From Eledone cirrhosa (taxonomy: Eukaryota): DNA of 64,000 bases. The first letter of the stretch is position 1. Each line of letters opens with the position of its first letter. The stretch lies in contig OZ024740.1 of assembly GCA_964016885.1 (NCBI GenBank), positions 271,002,001-271,066,000 of the forward strand, given 5' to 3'. Under the pieces are notes generated by a model that did no database searches, was not told the origin of the DNA, and saw only the letters and a program-made list of their open reading frames with translations. Shown piece after piece: positions 38,058 to 50,769 of the stretch. A program made the position numbers and the translations under genes.

Positions 38058-38524
38058 TATTTATTTTTGTTCTCGGGGGGAGACAATCTAGTGTCGTGTG
38101 CTAATGGGTACCAGTGAGCAAAAGTCTCAATAGGAGGAGTAGAAATACATGGATACATAGAAGTGGAATACGTGGAAAGGCACATTAATAAAGCAAAGGT
38201 ATAGATATATAAATATATAAATAAACCAACAAGAGTGGTGGTGAAGTAAGATGGAGAAATCAAGACATAGGAGAAATACAATATAGTTCAGGTTGCAGTA
38301 TTTATGTTCCCAGGAGGAGACATTCCAGTGTCGTGTGCTAAAGGGTACACGCGAGTAAAAGTCCGAATAAGAGTAGTAAAAGGTACATGGATGTATAGAA
38401 GTAGAATACGTGGAAAACGCAAAGGTAGAGAGATATAAAGATATAAATAAACAAACAAGAGTGGTGGTGGAGTAAATGGAGAGATCAGGACACAGGAGAA
38501 ATACAATATAGTTCAAGTTGCAGT
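38058..38524. repeat. tandem duplication, ~235-bp unit
   Basis: AGTGTCGTGTGCTAA and GGAGAAATACAATATAGTTCA each present twice. Confidence 0.85.
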
Positions 38525-38759
38525 CAGATAATGCATATAGATGTGGAAATGGAATCCGTATGTGTTCGAGTGTGAGTTATACATGCCCTGAAGTATAGGG
38601 TAGCGAATTTAGTCAATACAGTGCAGTACAATACACGTTATGGTATAATCCGTAGAATTTCGTCGAAGTCTGAATATTCTGAGAGGAAAGTAGCAATGGG
38701 CCAGGTGGGGGGTAGGCAAAAACACTGAGTAGCCAAAATCCGAATGAATAAATATATGA

Positions 38760-38852
<93 letters not shown>

Positions 38853-38919
38853 TATAAAATATATTTCTATAAATATATATATATATATAATATATTTATA
38901 TATATATATTTGTATATAC

Positions 38920-39007
<88 letters not shown>

Positions 39008-39022
39008 GTGTTTATAAATATA

Positions 39023-39705
<683 letters not shown>

Positions 39706-39800
39706 CATATAAATACACATATATAAAATATATTTATATAAATATATATATGAAAAATATATTTCTATAAATATATATATATAATATATTTATATAAATA

Positions 39801-39889
39801 TATTTCGTTTCTGAATTTGTTTAGCAAGATTCTTTATCTGAAATCGTGTGTTGAAACCGATATTGTTATACTTTAAAGTATAACAATAT
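39801..39889 (-). mobile_element. extreme 3' tip of the PLE family with a 30-bp terminal palindrome
   Basis: Reverse complement of 50086-50158; ATATTGTTATACTTT|AAAGTATAACAATAT at 39860-39889. Confidence 0.85.
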
Positions 39890-39958
39890 ATAAATATATA
39901 TATACGTATATATTTATATATAATATATATATATATATATACATATAAATACATATAA

Positions 39959-39993
<35 letters not shown>

Positions 39994-40000
39994 TTTATTT

Positions 40001-40136
40001 TTTTTTATTTTATAGAAGGAGCTTCTACAGGACTAGTACTGTTTCATTCAGATGAAATCTTCAGGAAGCTTCCTGAAGATTTCATCTGAATGAAACAGTA
40101 CTAGTCCTGTAGAAGCTCCTTCTATAAAATAAAAAA
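40001..40136. repeat. perfect 136-bp loop-less palindrome
   Basis: Centre AAG|CTT at 40068/40069. Confidence 0.95.
40067..40117 (+). ncRNA. type I hammerhead motif; mirror copy on minus strand at 40020-40070
   Basis: agcttc CTGAAGA tttcatctgaat GAAA cag tactagtc ctg TA gaagct. Confidence 0.7.
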
Positions 40137-40234
40137 GTTTACTCTGCCATGTATTGAGTACCTTACTTACTGTGGTTATCCCCGACTCAACCCGGGACCT
40201 ACGTATATATATATATATATTTATTCATTCCATT

Positions 40235-40373
<139 letters not shown>

Positions 40374-40392
40374 ATTTATATGTATTTATATG

Positions 40393-40450
<58 letters not shown>

Positions 40451-40804
40451 TGAATGGAATGAATAAATGAAAGAGTGAATTGTATTGAATTATCTACATT
40501 CTAATTTAATATATTATATTTATAACATGTAGAACACAACATTATATGATGCGACATAACCCAAAGTCTCCAAATTGTCTTCGACAACCCCCTAATTGAA
40601 TCTGGGCTCTAGATCTGACTAAGACTTGTCTCAAGGTTTATGTATGTAACAGGTCATTTTCTATTCAACTTATCACATAATGCTAGCCACTCTTAACCAC
40701 CTGATCGACATTTTTTCTTTGCTTCAATTGGTTTCTTTATTCTTTTAGGGTTCTTTTTCTATTAATAATATATGCATATATATGGATATATACGCATATT
40801 ATAG

Positions 40805-41420
40805 AGAAGGAGAATGGCTTAGTGGTTAGTGCATTGGGCTTGCAATCGGGAGGTTATAAGTTCGATTCTAGGATCTGGTGATGCGTTGTGTCTTTGAGGC
40901 CGATTGGTCTTTCTTTTTCTATATCAAAGACTGGATTATTGCGTCCTTTTAATATGGCAGTGAAGGCATGGCTTAGTAGTTAGAGGGTTGAGCTTGCAAT
41001 CGCGAGGTTATAAGTTCGATTCTCGGATCTGGTGATGCGTTGTGTCTTTGAGGCCGATTGGTCTTTCTTTTTCTATATCAAAGACTGGATTATTGCGTCC
41101 TTTTAATATGGCAGTGAAGGCATGGCTTAGTAGTTAGAGGGTTGAGCTTGCAATCGCGAGGTTATGAGTTCGATTCTCGAACCTGGCGATACGTTGTATC
41201 CTTGAGCAAGACACTTTATTTTCACGTTGCTCCAGTTTACTCAGCTGTAGAAATGAGTTGCAACGTCACTGGTGCCAGCCAAGCTGTATTGGCCATTGCC
41301 CTTGGATAACATCGGTGGCATGGAGAGGGGAGACTATTCTTCCACAAACAAACTTACCCGGACTTGTGCCTCGGAGGGGAAGTATCTAGGTGCAAATCTC
41401 ATGGTCATTCATGACGGAAT
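40805..41420 (+). mobile_element. CORE-like tRNA SINE with triplicated head (~150-bp tandem units)
   Basis: Three ATGGCTTAGT.GTTAG...AGTTCGATTC heads; the last continues into CCTTGAGCAAGACACTT...CTCAGCTGTAGAAATGAG. Confidence 0.8.
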
Positions 41421-41924
41421 GGGGTCTTGATCCTTTACACATATTACTATAAATTTACTCAAGTATTACTATAAAGTTACTCGTGTATAAAAAAAGGTAC
41501 AGTCTTTATTTGTAATCGCGGGTGACTTGGTAGTATATATGATTACGCCAAGTGTTTTCGGTGCCCAAGGATTTGTGAGCAGACACAGATCCCCGCGATA
41601 CTCACTCCCTTGATCCAGCAACACATAAAGGATGTGACAGATGGAAGGAGTGAGGGCAGCTCCAGTGCTGGGCAGGTATTTTCTTTATCACCCCTAAAAA
41701 GATGAAAGGAAAAGAAGACCTCGGTCGAGTTTATACTCAGATTTGTGAAATCCAGAAAAGATTCCACCGTTCTAATGATTCTACCAAACTAGCGCCGTAT
41801 ATTATATTATATTATATTATATTATATTATATTATATTATATTATATTATATTATATTATATTATATTATATTATATTATATTATATTATATTATATTAT
41901 ATTATATTATATTATATTATATTA

Positions 41925-42115
41925 TGCGGTGAATTGGCAGTACCGGTAGAGGGTCGGACACCATGCTTTGACGCATAGAGTTACGGCCCTTTCCATTCTG
42001 AGTTCAAATCCCGCCAAGGTTAACTTTGCCTTTCATCCTTACGGGGTCGATAAAATAAAGTACCAGTAATATACTGGGTAATTGCTTGCCTTGTGCCAAT
42101 AGTAGAAACAATTAT
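41925..42115 (+). mobile_element. tRNA-derived SINE within (ATATT)n array
   Basis: SINE body flanked by pentamer repeats 41799-41924 and 42112-42390. Confidence 0.88.
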
Positions 42116-42394
42116 ATTATATGATACGATACGGTACGGTACGGTACGGTATTATATTATATTATATGATCTGATCTGATCTGATCTGATACGATACGAT
42201 ACGATACGGTACGGTACGGTACGGTATTATATTATCTGATCTGATCTGATACGATACGGTACGGTACGGTACGGTACGGTATTATATTATATTATATTAT
42301 ATTATCTTAACTTATCTTATCTTATCTTATCTTATCTTATCTCATCTCATCTCATCTCATCTTATCTTATCTTATCTTATCTTATTATATTATA

Positions 42395-42466
42395 TATTAT
42401 TTATATATAATATAAAAGAAAGATGTTTATTGGTTGGTTGACTGGTTGGTTGAATCACACGAAAAC

Positions 42467-42504
<38 letters not shown>

Positions 42505-43103
42505 TACATAAACACATATCTAAAGAGAAAGGGACACAGTGGGAGAGGCAGAAAGAGAGAGCTAGGCCGTTATACAGAGAGAGATACAATTAAAGTGTTA
42601 GATATTTAGAGAGAGGGAGAGAGGGGGGAGAGAGTGACGTCCCACAAAAGTATCAGTTTTAAAGGTTTAGCAATATTGCGTTAGTTTTTATAAAGTCGTT
42701 TTACAGTCTTTGATTTTACAGAACAAAGAAAAATTGATACTATTTGAAATTAATCTACCCTCCAGCTTTTATCCATATACTACTTACAGTCCGTACTAAC
42801 GAAGCTAAACGCTTCAGAAGCAATGTTATGCAATATATTGCTGTGTTTCAGATGACGTCCTTTGGAACTGAAAACGATCATACTGACTATGGTTATTTCA
42901 CATTTAAAATCAAAGGTCAATACTACCAGTTAATCGGCAGTTTACTCCCCCAGCCTAATAAGGAAGTTTTATGATTGTTTTGTTATTTTTGTCTCTCTCA
43001 GACACACACACACATTACGGTCTCACCTCATACCAGACAACACATCCAATACAGTCGTTTTCTCTTTATTGTTCTCCCGGGCGAAGCCGAGTACCTCAGC
43101 TAG
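42395..43103 (+). mobile_element. non-autonomous Helitron carrying a Rep/helicase fragment
   Basis: FRSNVMQYIAVFQMTSFG...TFKIKGQYYQLIGSLLP (42744-42974); 3' hairpin-like CCGGGCGAAGCCG then CTAG|T at 43100-43104; 5' boundary approximate. Confidence 0.8.
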
Positions 43104-43320
43104 TATATTATAAATAAGTGAGTCGATTTTATTCGTACATTTTATTATCTAAAACCGTCTATCTTATTTATTATACTAAAATTTCAGGCGATACCGTAAG
43201 GCGAAAATCCTAAGGAAAACAAAACGTGGAGTGCTTCATATCTGTTTACGAAAAGGTCGGCAGATTTTTGATCAACTAACTTTCATCAACTGAATAATTA
43301 TATATCTACATATATATATA

Positions 43321-43945
43321 TGTAATATAATTGGATATATGAGAGGGATGAACAGATATAAGTATACATGTGTTCCAATTGCAAATGACCAAGTTAGCTA
43401 GCTTGAAAAAATACTAATTTAAAACAATATGGTTTGCCTGACTCGATTTAAAGTAATAAATCAATAAAAATAACAAACCTATATCGGGCAATAGCCTTCG
43501 ATACCCGGACAGACCAAAATCTGTTTCGTAAGAATTATTAAGTGAAAGCCAGAATTCCTGTGCTCATCGGCGGGTATCCAGGAAAATTCGTACCTTTCAC
43601 TTCAAAGGATCTAAGAAGACTGGACGAAGTGCTGATATAAACGTACATGTCGCAGCGCCTAGCGCATCTCATACTCATGCCGCTAAAAATAGCAGCTGGG
43701 TTTATGATACTAAGGTTAGCTCTACATACGGAGCCGAAATTATCATAGATTGAGTTATAAACTCAAAATAGTCAGCCCGATATAGGTTTGTTATTTTTAT
43801 TGATTTATTACTTTAAATCGAGTCAGGCAAACCATATTGTTTTAAATTAATATTTTTTCAACCTAGCTAACTTGGTCATTTGCAATTGGAACACGTGTAT
43901 ACTTATATCTGTGTTCATCCCTCTCATATATCCAGTTATATTACA
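43321..43945. mobile_element. fold-back element, ~168-bp inverted arms with ~290-bp spacer
   Basis: Arms 43321-43488 and 43776-43945. Confidence 0.85.
43500..43578 (-). ncRNA. type I hammerhead motif with CCGAUGA core
   Basis: gatacccg CCGATGA g..ggaatt...aattct..c GAAA caga ttttgg tctg TC cgggtatc. Confidence 0.7.
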
Positions 43946-44055
43946 CGGCTCGGAAAGATTCCCTTCTTTGAGCTACTTAATTGTAAAAGACTATTTTGAG
44001 TTTATAACTCAGTCTATGATATATATATATATGTGTATATATATATATATATATA

Positions 44056-44624
44056 TACATGGAAAGTTATATTTAAAATTGTTGGGTTACAACTAGTAAA
44101 TATTTATAACTGATATAAAAGCACTCGACAAATATTTGGAGTATATTTACAATATTAAAATAGTTTCCATTTATTTAATATTGTAAATATACTCCAAATA
44201 TTTGTCGAGTGCTTTTATATCAGTTATAAATATTTACTAGTTGTAACCCAACAATTTTAAATATAACTTTCCATGTATCTTGCTCCAATACTGTTGAGCG
44301 CTTTATATTATAACTGGAAAAATGGAATTCTTTAAGATTACTTCCTCTCTAAAAGACATACCTCTACCTAGAAACAAAGACTTTATAAAACAATTAATAG
44401 ATAAATCTGACTCTTTTATAAGGAGAATCAGGTGGCGTGCATTCACTGCCAGTTTAACCTCTTCAAATGCAAGTCGGTGTTATTACGGTATGTCGAATCT
44501 ATTTATCTATAAAACTGTTTATATTGTATTTTGTCTGAGGAAGGCATAGCATATTGTTAATATGATATCCCCGAAATATATATAATGAAATAAATATGGT
44601 TTTATAAATATAGTTTCCATTTAT

Positions 44625-44633
<9 letters not shown>
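44056..44633 (+). mobile_element. internally deleted PLE with 5' fold-back (palindrome 44056-44277), ORF N-terminus and 3' hammerhead (44527-44592)
   Basis: SLKDIPLP..KQLIDKSDSFIRRIRWRAF resembles a PLE N-terminus; tattttgt CTGAGGA...GAAA tatata TA atgaaata; ATAGTTTCCATTTATTTAATATT at both ends. Confidence 0.72.
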
Positions 44634-44685
<52 letters not shown>

Positions 44686-44689
<4 letters not shown>

Positions 44690-47600
44690 ATACTTTGGGA
44701 GGGTCATGTTGCCAATAAGAAACACACGCACCAGTTGCTTTCACTTCAATTTATTATTATAATAAATTTATAATAAATTTATAAATTTATAAATTTCTGG
44801 TTGGTTGGTTGGTTCCACAGCCAGATAGTTGTTTATATATTGTCATAGTTCTTTCGTCACACACTCTGTGACCTCTTCAGTGACTGGGGATTCCTTTCTT
44901 TGTTTCTGTGCCTCTCCTTTGTTCTGTCCTACGCCATTTTGTTTCTGTGTGTGTGTTGTGTGCTCAGTCTGCGCATGCGCCACATCCGGGTGTCTGTGTG
45001 TGTTTATGTTCATTTATTTATTTGTTTATTTACATGTTACTGGTTGGTTGTTTGTTCTATGTGTGTATGTGTTTTCATTTTGTCCTTAATTGTAAGTTGT
45101 GATGTTGCTGTTGCACTCATATTTTCTATTTAATTTTGGTTGTAATTCTTTTATGTTTATTGCCTCTGTAATTTGTCTAAACATTGCGTCTTTTCTGTGT
45201 GTAGATTCTATTTTTATTTCTATGTTCTCTAATTTACCCTTGTGTTCTATTTTAGCATGTTGGTAGAGTACAGATGATTCTTTACTATCTTGAAGGTCTC
45301 GCCAGTGTTCATTTATCCGTTCCCCTACACTACGAGCTGTCTCACCTATGTACACTATATTTTTGTCTCTACATTGTCCTTCTGTACATCTTATGCTATA
45401 CACTACATTTCTAGTTTTACAGTTAATATCGGGGCTTATTTTACAGGTTATACATTTCTTATCTATACATGGGGGTCTTTGAAAAGGGTATGTCTTGCTA
45501 ATAAGTGTTTTTACGGAGGTACCTGGTCTTTCTACTATCTTAATATTGAGTTTATGTTTATTTAGGGCCCTTCTAAATTTGTAAGCTAATTCACCTCTAG
45601 GGGTTGTATCGATGAACATTACACTCTGGTATTTATTGCTATCATACCATGAGTTTATTCTATTAGCCTTGTTCCTAGTTCTTTCTATTCTATTCCAAAA
45701 TTTGCTCCTATACAAGGGGCAGGTCCCATTTATGTCATTATTTACCATTTTTTCCCATTTGGTTCTGGCTCTTCTATACACTCTGATTTTATCTCTCTGA
45801 TTGTAGCCAGAGAACTGCATACGGTGGATGAAGTGTAGTATGTGTCTCTCTAGTTCTTCGGGGTTGCACATGCGGGACACGTTTCTCATCACCCGTACCA
45901 AATCCGCAATCAGTATGTTGATTTTGGGATGGTCCGAAACGGCCGAGTTTCGGTGGATCAGATGTTTGGAAGTCATGGGTTTGGCATAATGGGAATGGAG
46001 GATTTGTTTTTTGTTATTAATGGTATCTAACCAGAGCTCTGTGTCTAGTACAGGTAATCGATGGTTGGGGTGTTTACTTGGGTAGTCTATAGTAACTCTA
46101 ATGCTCTGGTGGATGGAGTTAGCTATTTGCTGGATGCTTTCCATTGTGTTTTTCTCTAGTTCCTGACTGTTCTCTAGTGAGGGTGTCTTAACTACGATGT
46201 TTATATCATCAACGTAGCGGGAGTACATTATCAGGGTTAAGGGGTCTTCTAATTGTTCTTTAAGCTTAAGTTTAAGTCTACTGTCCCACCATACCATGAA
46301 TAAGTTAGCTATGTCGCCTGCAATGCTAACACCAATGGCTGCTCCTTCCTCTTGGGCATATGTTTTTCCATTAAATTTGAACATATGTTCCTTAAGGGTT
46401 AGTTTTATGCTGGCCCCTACCGCATTTTCTTCAGTTCATCGTGGTTTTCGGGTGTCCGTATGGCTCTGGTCCACCCGTTCCATCTACCTGTGTGGGTTTT
46501 CTTGGCCATTGAGGTAATGGTAGGTGGTCTGTCTCTTGCTGGTCTTGTAGGGCACAGGTTGCTAAGGTCATATGTGTCTAGGTAATTATTACTATAGATA
46601 AGTTTAAGAAGGAGTCCCAGCTCACTGGTATCAATCCCACGGAACTCAACATTGCTCTCACTGATCATTTCTACGCATTTCTCCACAGCAAAATCCACGT
46701 CAATAGATGGATACAGGGACACAATATCCATACTACCTATTATGCAGTTTGTTAGGTCCCTAGATCGGTTGCAGACGCCGATTCTGCTGAGGAGGTCCTC
46801 CGTGCTGTCACATACATCTGGGGATATTTCGATGATGGGGCGTATGATCAGGGAGAGGAAGTAGGACAGTCTGTAGTTACTAGCAATGTTAGCTCAACAG
46901 ACTGGCCGTGTTGGTGGTCCCGCGACAGGGTCACAGCCCGTTTTATGGTCTTTTCGAAGCCCATACAACGCCGGCACGTCATTGTTCCAGGCCTGGAAGT
47001 TGTTGGCAGTCCTTTTGTTGGGCTGCATTATATTCGTCCACATCACCATATGGGCATTGAGGGCTTTTTCTCTATCCTCATGCTCCTGTGGTGTTACCTC
47101 TCTTGTGTTAGTGATGTGGGGTTGCATTGCCTGGATGTAGTTTGGCAGGCTGTCAACCGACATTCTGCCATACTTGTCTGTTGGAAAGCATGCTATCTCT
47201 CCATTACGCGAGCGCTGCATGAGCTTAGGCAAGCCATTTGCAGATTTTTCTCCCAGTTGCTGGGCCTCCATTCTATTATGCTTCTTGCTATACTGTTCTA
47301 TAATATTTCTAAGTTCGGATCTAGCTATACTAAATTGTGCTTCTGTTTGTTCATCGACCTGCGATGGCAATTGCGTGCGTTTGTTAAATGGTAAAGTCGT
47401 GGCGTGGACTCGTCGCAGGTCGAACGATTTATCGGAGGGATTATAAAAACTAGAGTTCCAGGCTGCTGCTTTATGTGTACTAGTGCTATTGTTATTGTTA
47501 GTAGTGTTGTTTCTATTTCTATTTCTACCAACAGCCTCATGGTTGTTTCTATGTCTCTCATAATTACTCCTGTCTCTTTCCACTGGCTCATTGTTGTTAT

Positions 47601-47965
47601 CTACCCTATTTTGTGTGTCTGTGTGTTGGTCTTGGTTATTTTCTTTGTCCTTAGTCTCTCTTCTCCTTTTAATCCTATTACTTTCTCTTATTTCTGTGAA
47701 TTCTGTGCTACTGTCATTACTTGTTCTCTGTGTCTGTGTGTTTGTTAAGATGGCGGCGGCGGTGGTGGTGAGAGGCATTGAATGTGTGTGTGTTGTTGTT
47801 GTTGATGTGTGCTGTTGCTGATGTGTGTTGTTGTTGTCTCCGTGTGTGTTATTATTGTTGTGTGTGTTGTTATTGTTGTTTGTGTCTGCGTGTCTGTTGT
47901 TGTTGTTTCTGGGTATGTTATTATTGTTGTTGTTGTTGGTGTGTGTGTTGTTGTTATTGTTGTTT
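44686..47965 (-). mobile_element. Penelope-like element, left arm (longer copy, frameshifted)
   Basis: PTDKYGR, PALYGLRKDHK, MDIVSLYPSI, RYVDD, YIGETAR; 10-bp deletion near 46402; hammerhead at 44842-44884. Confidence 0.93.
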
Positions 47966-47967
47966 GT

Positions 47968-49698
47968 GGCACGGAGGACCTCCTCAGCAGAATCGGCGTG
48001 TGCAACCGATCTAGGGACCTAACAAACTGCATAATAGGTAGTATGGATGTTGTGTCCCTGTATCCATCTATTGACGTGGATTTTGCTGTGGAGAAATGCG
48101 TAGAAATGATCATTGAGAGCAATGTTGAGTTCCGTGGGATTGATACCAGTGAGCTGGGACTCCTACTTAAACTTACCTATAGTAATAATTACCTAGACAC
48201 ATATGACCTTAGCAACCTGTGCCCTACAAGACCAGCAAGAGGCAGACCACCTACCATTACCTCAATGGCCAAGAAAACCCACACAGATAGATGGAACGGG
48301 TGGACCAGAGCCATACGGACACCCGAAAACCACAATGAACTGAAGAAAATGATTGCACATGCGGTAGGGGCCAGCATAAAACTAACCCTTAAGGAACATA
48401 TGTTCAAATTTAATGGAAAAACATATGCCCAAGAGGAAGGAGCAGCCATTGGTGTTAGCATTGCAGGCGACATAGCTAACTTATTCATGGTATGGTGGGA
48501 CAGTAGACTTAAACTTAAGCTTAAAGAACAATTAGAAGACCCCTTAACCCTGATAATGTACTCCCGCTACGTTGATGATATAAACATCGTAGTTAAGACA
48601 CCCCCACTAGAGAACAATCAGGAACTAGAGAAAAACACAATGGAAAGCATCCAGCAAATAACTAACTCCATCCACCAGAGCATTAGAGTTACTATAGACT
48701 ACCCAAGTAAACACCCCAACCATCGATTACCTGTACTAGACACAGAGCTCTGGTTAGATACCATTAATAACAAAAAACAAATCCTCCATTCCCATTATGC
48801 CAAACCCATGACTTCCAAACATCTGATCCACCGAAACTCGGCCGTTTCGGACCATACCAAAATCAACATACTGATTGCGGATTTGGTACGGGTGATGAGA
48901 AACGTGTCCCGCATGTGCAACCCCGAAGAACTAGAGAGACACATACTACACTTCATCCACCGTATGCAGTTCTCTGGCTACAATCAGAGAGATAAAATCA
49001 GAGTGTATAGAAGAGCCAGAACCAAATGGGAAAAAATGGTAAATAATGACATAAATGGGACCTGCCCCTTGTATAGGAGCAAATTTTGGAATAGAATAGA
49101 AAGAACTAGGAACAAGGCTAATAGAATAAACTCATGGTATGATAGCAATAAATACCAGAGTGTAATGTTCATCGATACAACCCCTAGAGGTGAATTAGCT
49201 TACAAATTTAGAAGGGCCCTAAATAAACATAAACTCAATATTAAGATAGTAGAAAGACCAGGTACCTCCGTAAAAACACTTATTAGCAAGACATACCCTT
49301 TTCAAAGACCCCCATGTATAGATAAGAAATGTATAACCTGTAAAATAAGCCCCCATATTAACTATAAAACTAGAAATGTAGTGTATAGCATAAGATGTAC
49401 TGAAGGACAATGTAGAGACAAAAATATAGTGTACATAGGTGAGACAGCTCGTAGTGTAGGGGAACGGATAAATGAACACTGGCGAGACCTTCAAGATAGT
49501 AAAGAATCATCTGTACTCTACCAACATGCTAAAATAGAACACAAGGGTAAATTAGAGAACATAGAAATAAAAATAGAATCTACACACAGAAAAGACGCAA
49601 TGTTTAGACAGATTACAGAGGCAATAAACATAAAAGAATTACAACCAAAATTAAATAGAAAATATGAGTGGAACAGCAACATCACAACTTACAATTAA
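47968..49698 (+). CDS. PLE reverse transcriptase plus GIY-YIG endonuclease, uninterrupted but lacking the N-terminus
   Basis: SMDVVSLYPSI, QEEGAAIG, SRYVDD, LPVLD, NVVYSIRC..YIGETARSVGERINEH..E..LN. Confidence 0.88.
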   Translation, partial: GTEDLLSRIGVCNRSRDLTNCIIGSMDVVSLYPSIDVDFAVEKCVEMIIESNVEFRGIDTSELGLLLKLTYSNNYLDTYDLSNLCPTRPARGRPPTITSMAKKTHTDRWNGWTRAIRTPENHNELKKMIAHAVGASIKLTLKEHMFKFNGKTYAQEEGAAIGVSIAGDIANLFMVWWDSRLKLKLKEQLEDPLTLIMYSRYVDDINIVVKTPPLENNQELEKNTMESIQQITNSIHQSIRVTIDYPSKHPNHRLPVLDTELWLDTINNKKQILHSHYAKPMTSKHLIHRNSAVSDHTKINILIADLVRVMRNVSRMCNPEELERHILHFIHRMQFSGYNQRDKIRVYRRARTKWEKMVNNDINGTCPLYRSKFWNRIERTRNKANRINSWYDSNKYQSVMFIDTTPRGELAYKFRRALNKHKLNIKIVERPGTSVKTLISKTYPFQRPPCIDKKCITCKISPHINYKTRNVVYSIRCTEGQCRDKNIVYIGETARSVGERINEHWRDLQDSKESSVLYQHAKIEHKGKLENIEIKIESTHRKDAMFRQITEAINIKELQPKLNRKYEWNSNITTYN

Positions 49699-49901
49699 GG
49701 ACAAAATGAAAATACACACACACATAGAACAAACAACCAACCAGTAACATGTAAATAAACAAATAAATAAATAAATAAATAAACACACAGAGACACCCGG
49801 ATGTGGTGCATGCGCAGACTGAGCACACAACACACACACAGAAACAAAATGGCGTAGGACAGAACAAAGGAGAGGCACAGAAACAAAGAAAGGCATCCCC
49901 A

Positions 49902-49944
49902 GTCACTGAAGAGGTCACAGAGTGTGTGACGAAAGAACTATGAC
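49902..49944 (+). ncRNA. minimal type I hammerhead in PLE pseudo-LTR
   Basis: gtca CTGAAGA g gtcaca gagtg tgtgac GAAA gaac TA tgac. Confidence 0.78.
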
Positions 49945-50154
49945 AATATATAAACAACTATCTGGTTGTGGAACCAACCAACCAGAAATTTATAAATTTA
50001 TAAATTTATTATAAATTTATTATAATAATAAATTGAAGTGAAAGCAACTGGTGCGTGTGTTTCTTATTGGCAACATGACCCTCCCAAAGTATAACAATAT
50101 CGGTTTCAACACACGATTTCAGATAAAGAATCTTGCTAAACAAATTCAGAAACG

Positions 50155-50268
<114 letters not shown>

Positions 50269-50769
50269 AAAACAACAAACAGCGAAGGACGCATTCCGGA
50301 CCTGTCCGACAGACAACCTTTTCCCCCACCCCGGAAAAAAACCCCAGTTGATGGATGTGAATCCGAAATATATAGGGACTATTAAATCTCTCCCAAGGTA
50401 ACTCTCTCTTGTGTTGTTATTTTTATTCTATCCTTTATACTCTTCATTCTACACATCTCACACATCTTATACACACCACGCATCTCAACGTGCACCCACT
50501 TACATCACTCTCTCCACCACCGGACCTTGTTACCCGGAGATTTACCCATTTGCATTGTCGAGGCTTCCAAACGACTTAAAGATATTTACATATATATATA
50601 TATATATATATAAGGGATAACAACATATCGTTTTAGGTAATCCAGTTAGAGGTTGTGAATACTTCGTATTATGGATATATGGTTAGTTTTAGCGTACGGC
50701 GTTGTTTGACTCAACAAGAGGTTTATGATTTCACTTGTATTCCTATGTAAGTTTATCTTGGAGTAATAA

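Noticed and set aside
47809-47967. Hydrophobic N-terminus of the 629-aa ORF
   Set aside because: It is the antisense reading of the left arm's low-complexity tract, not part of the PLE protein.
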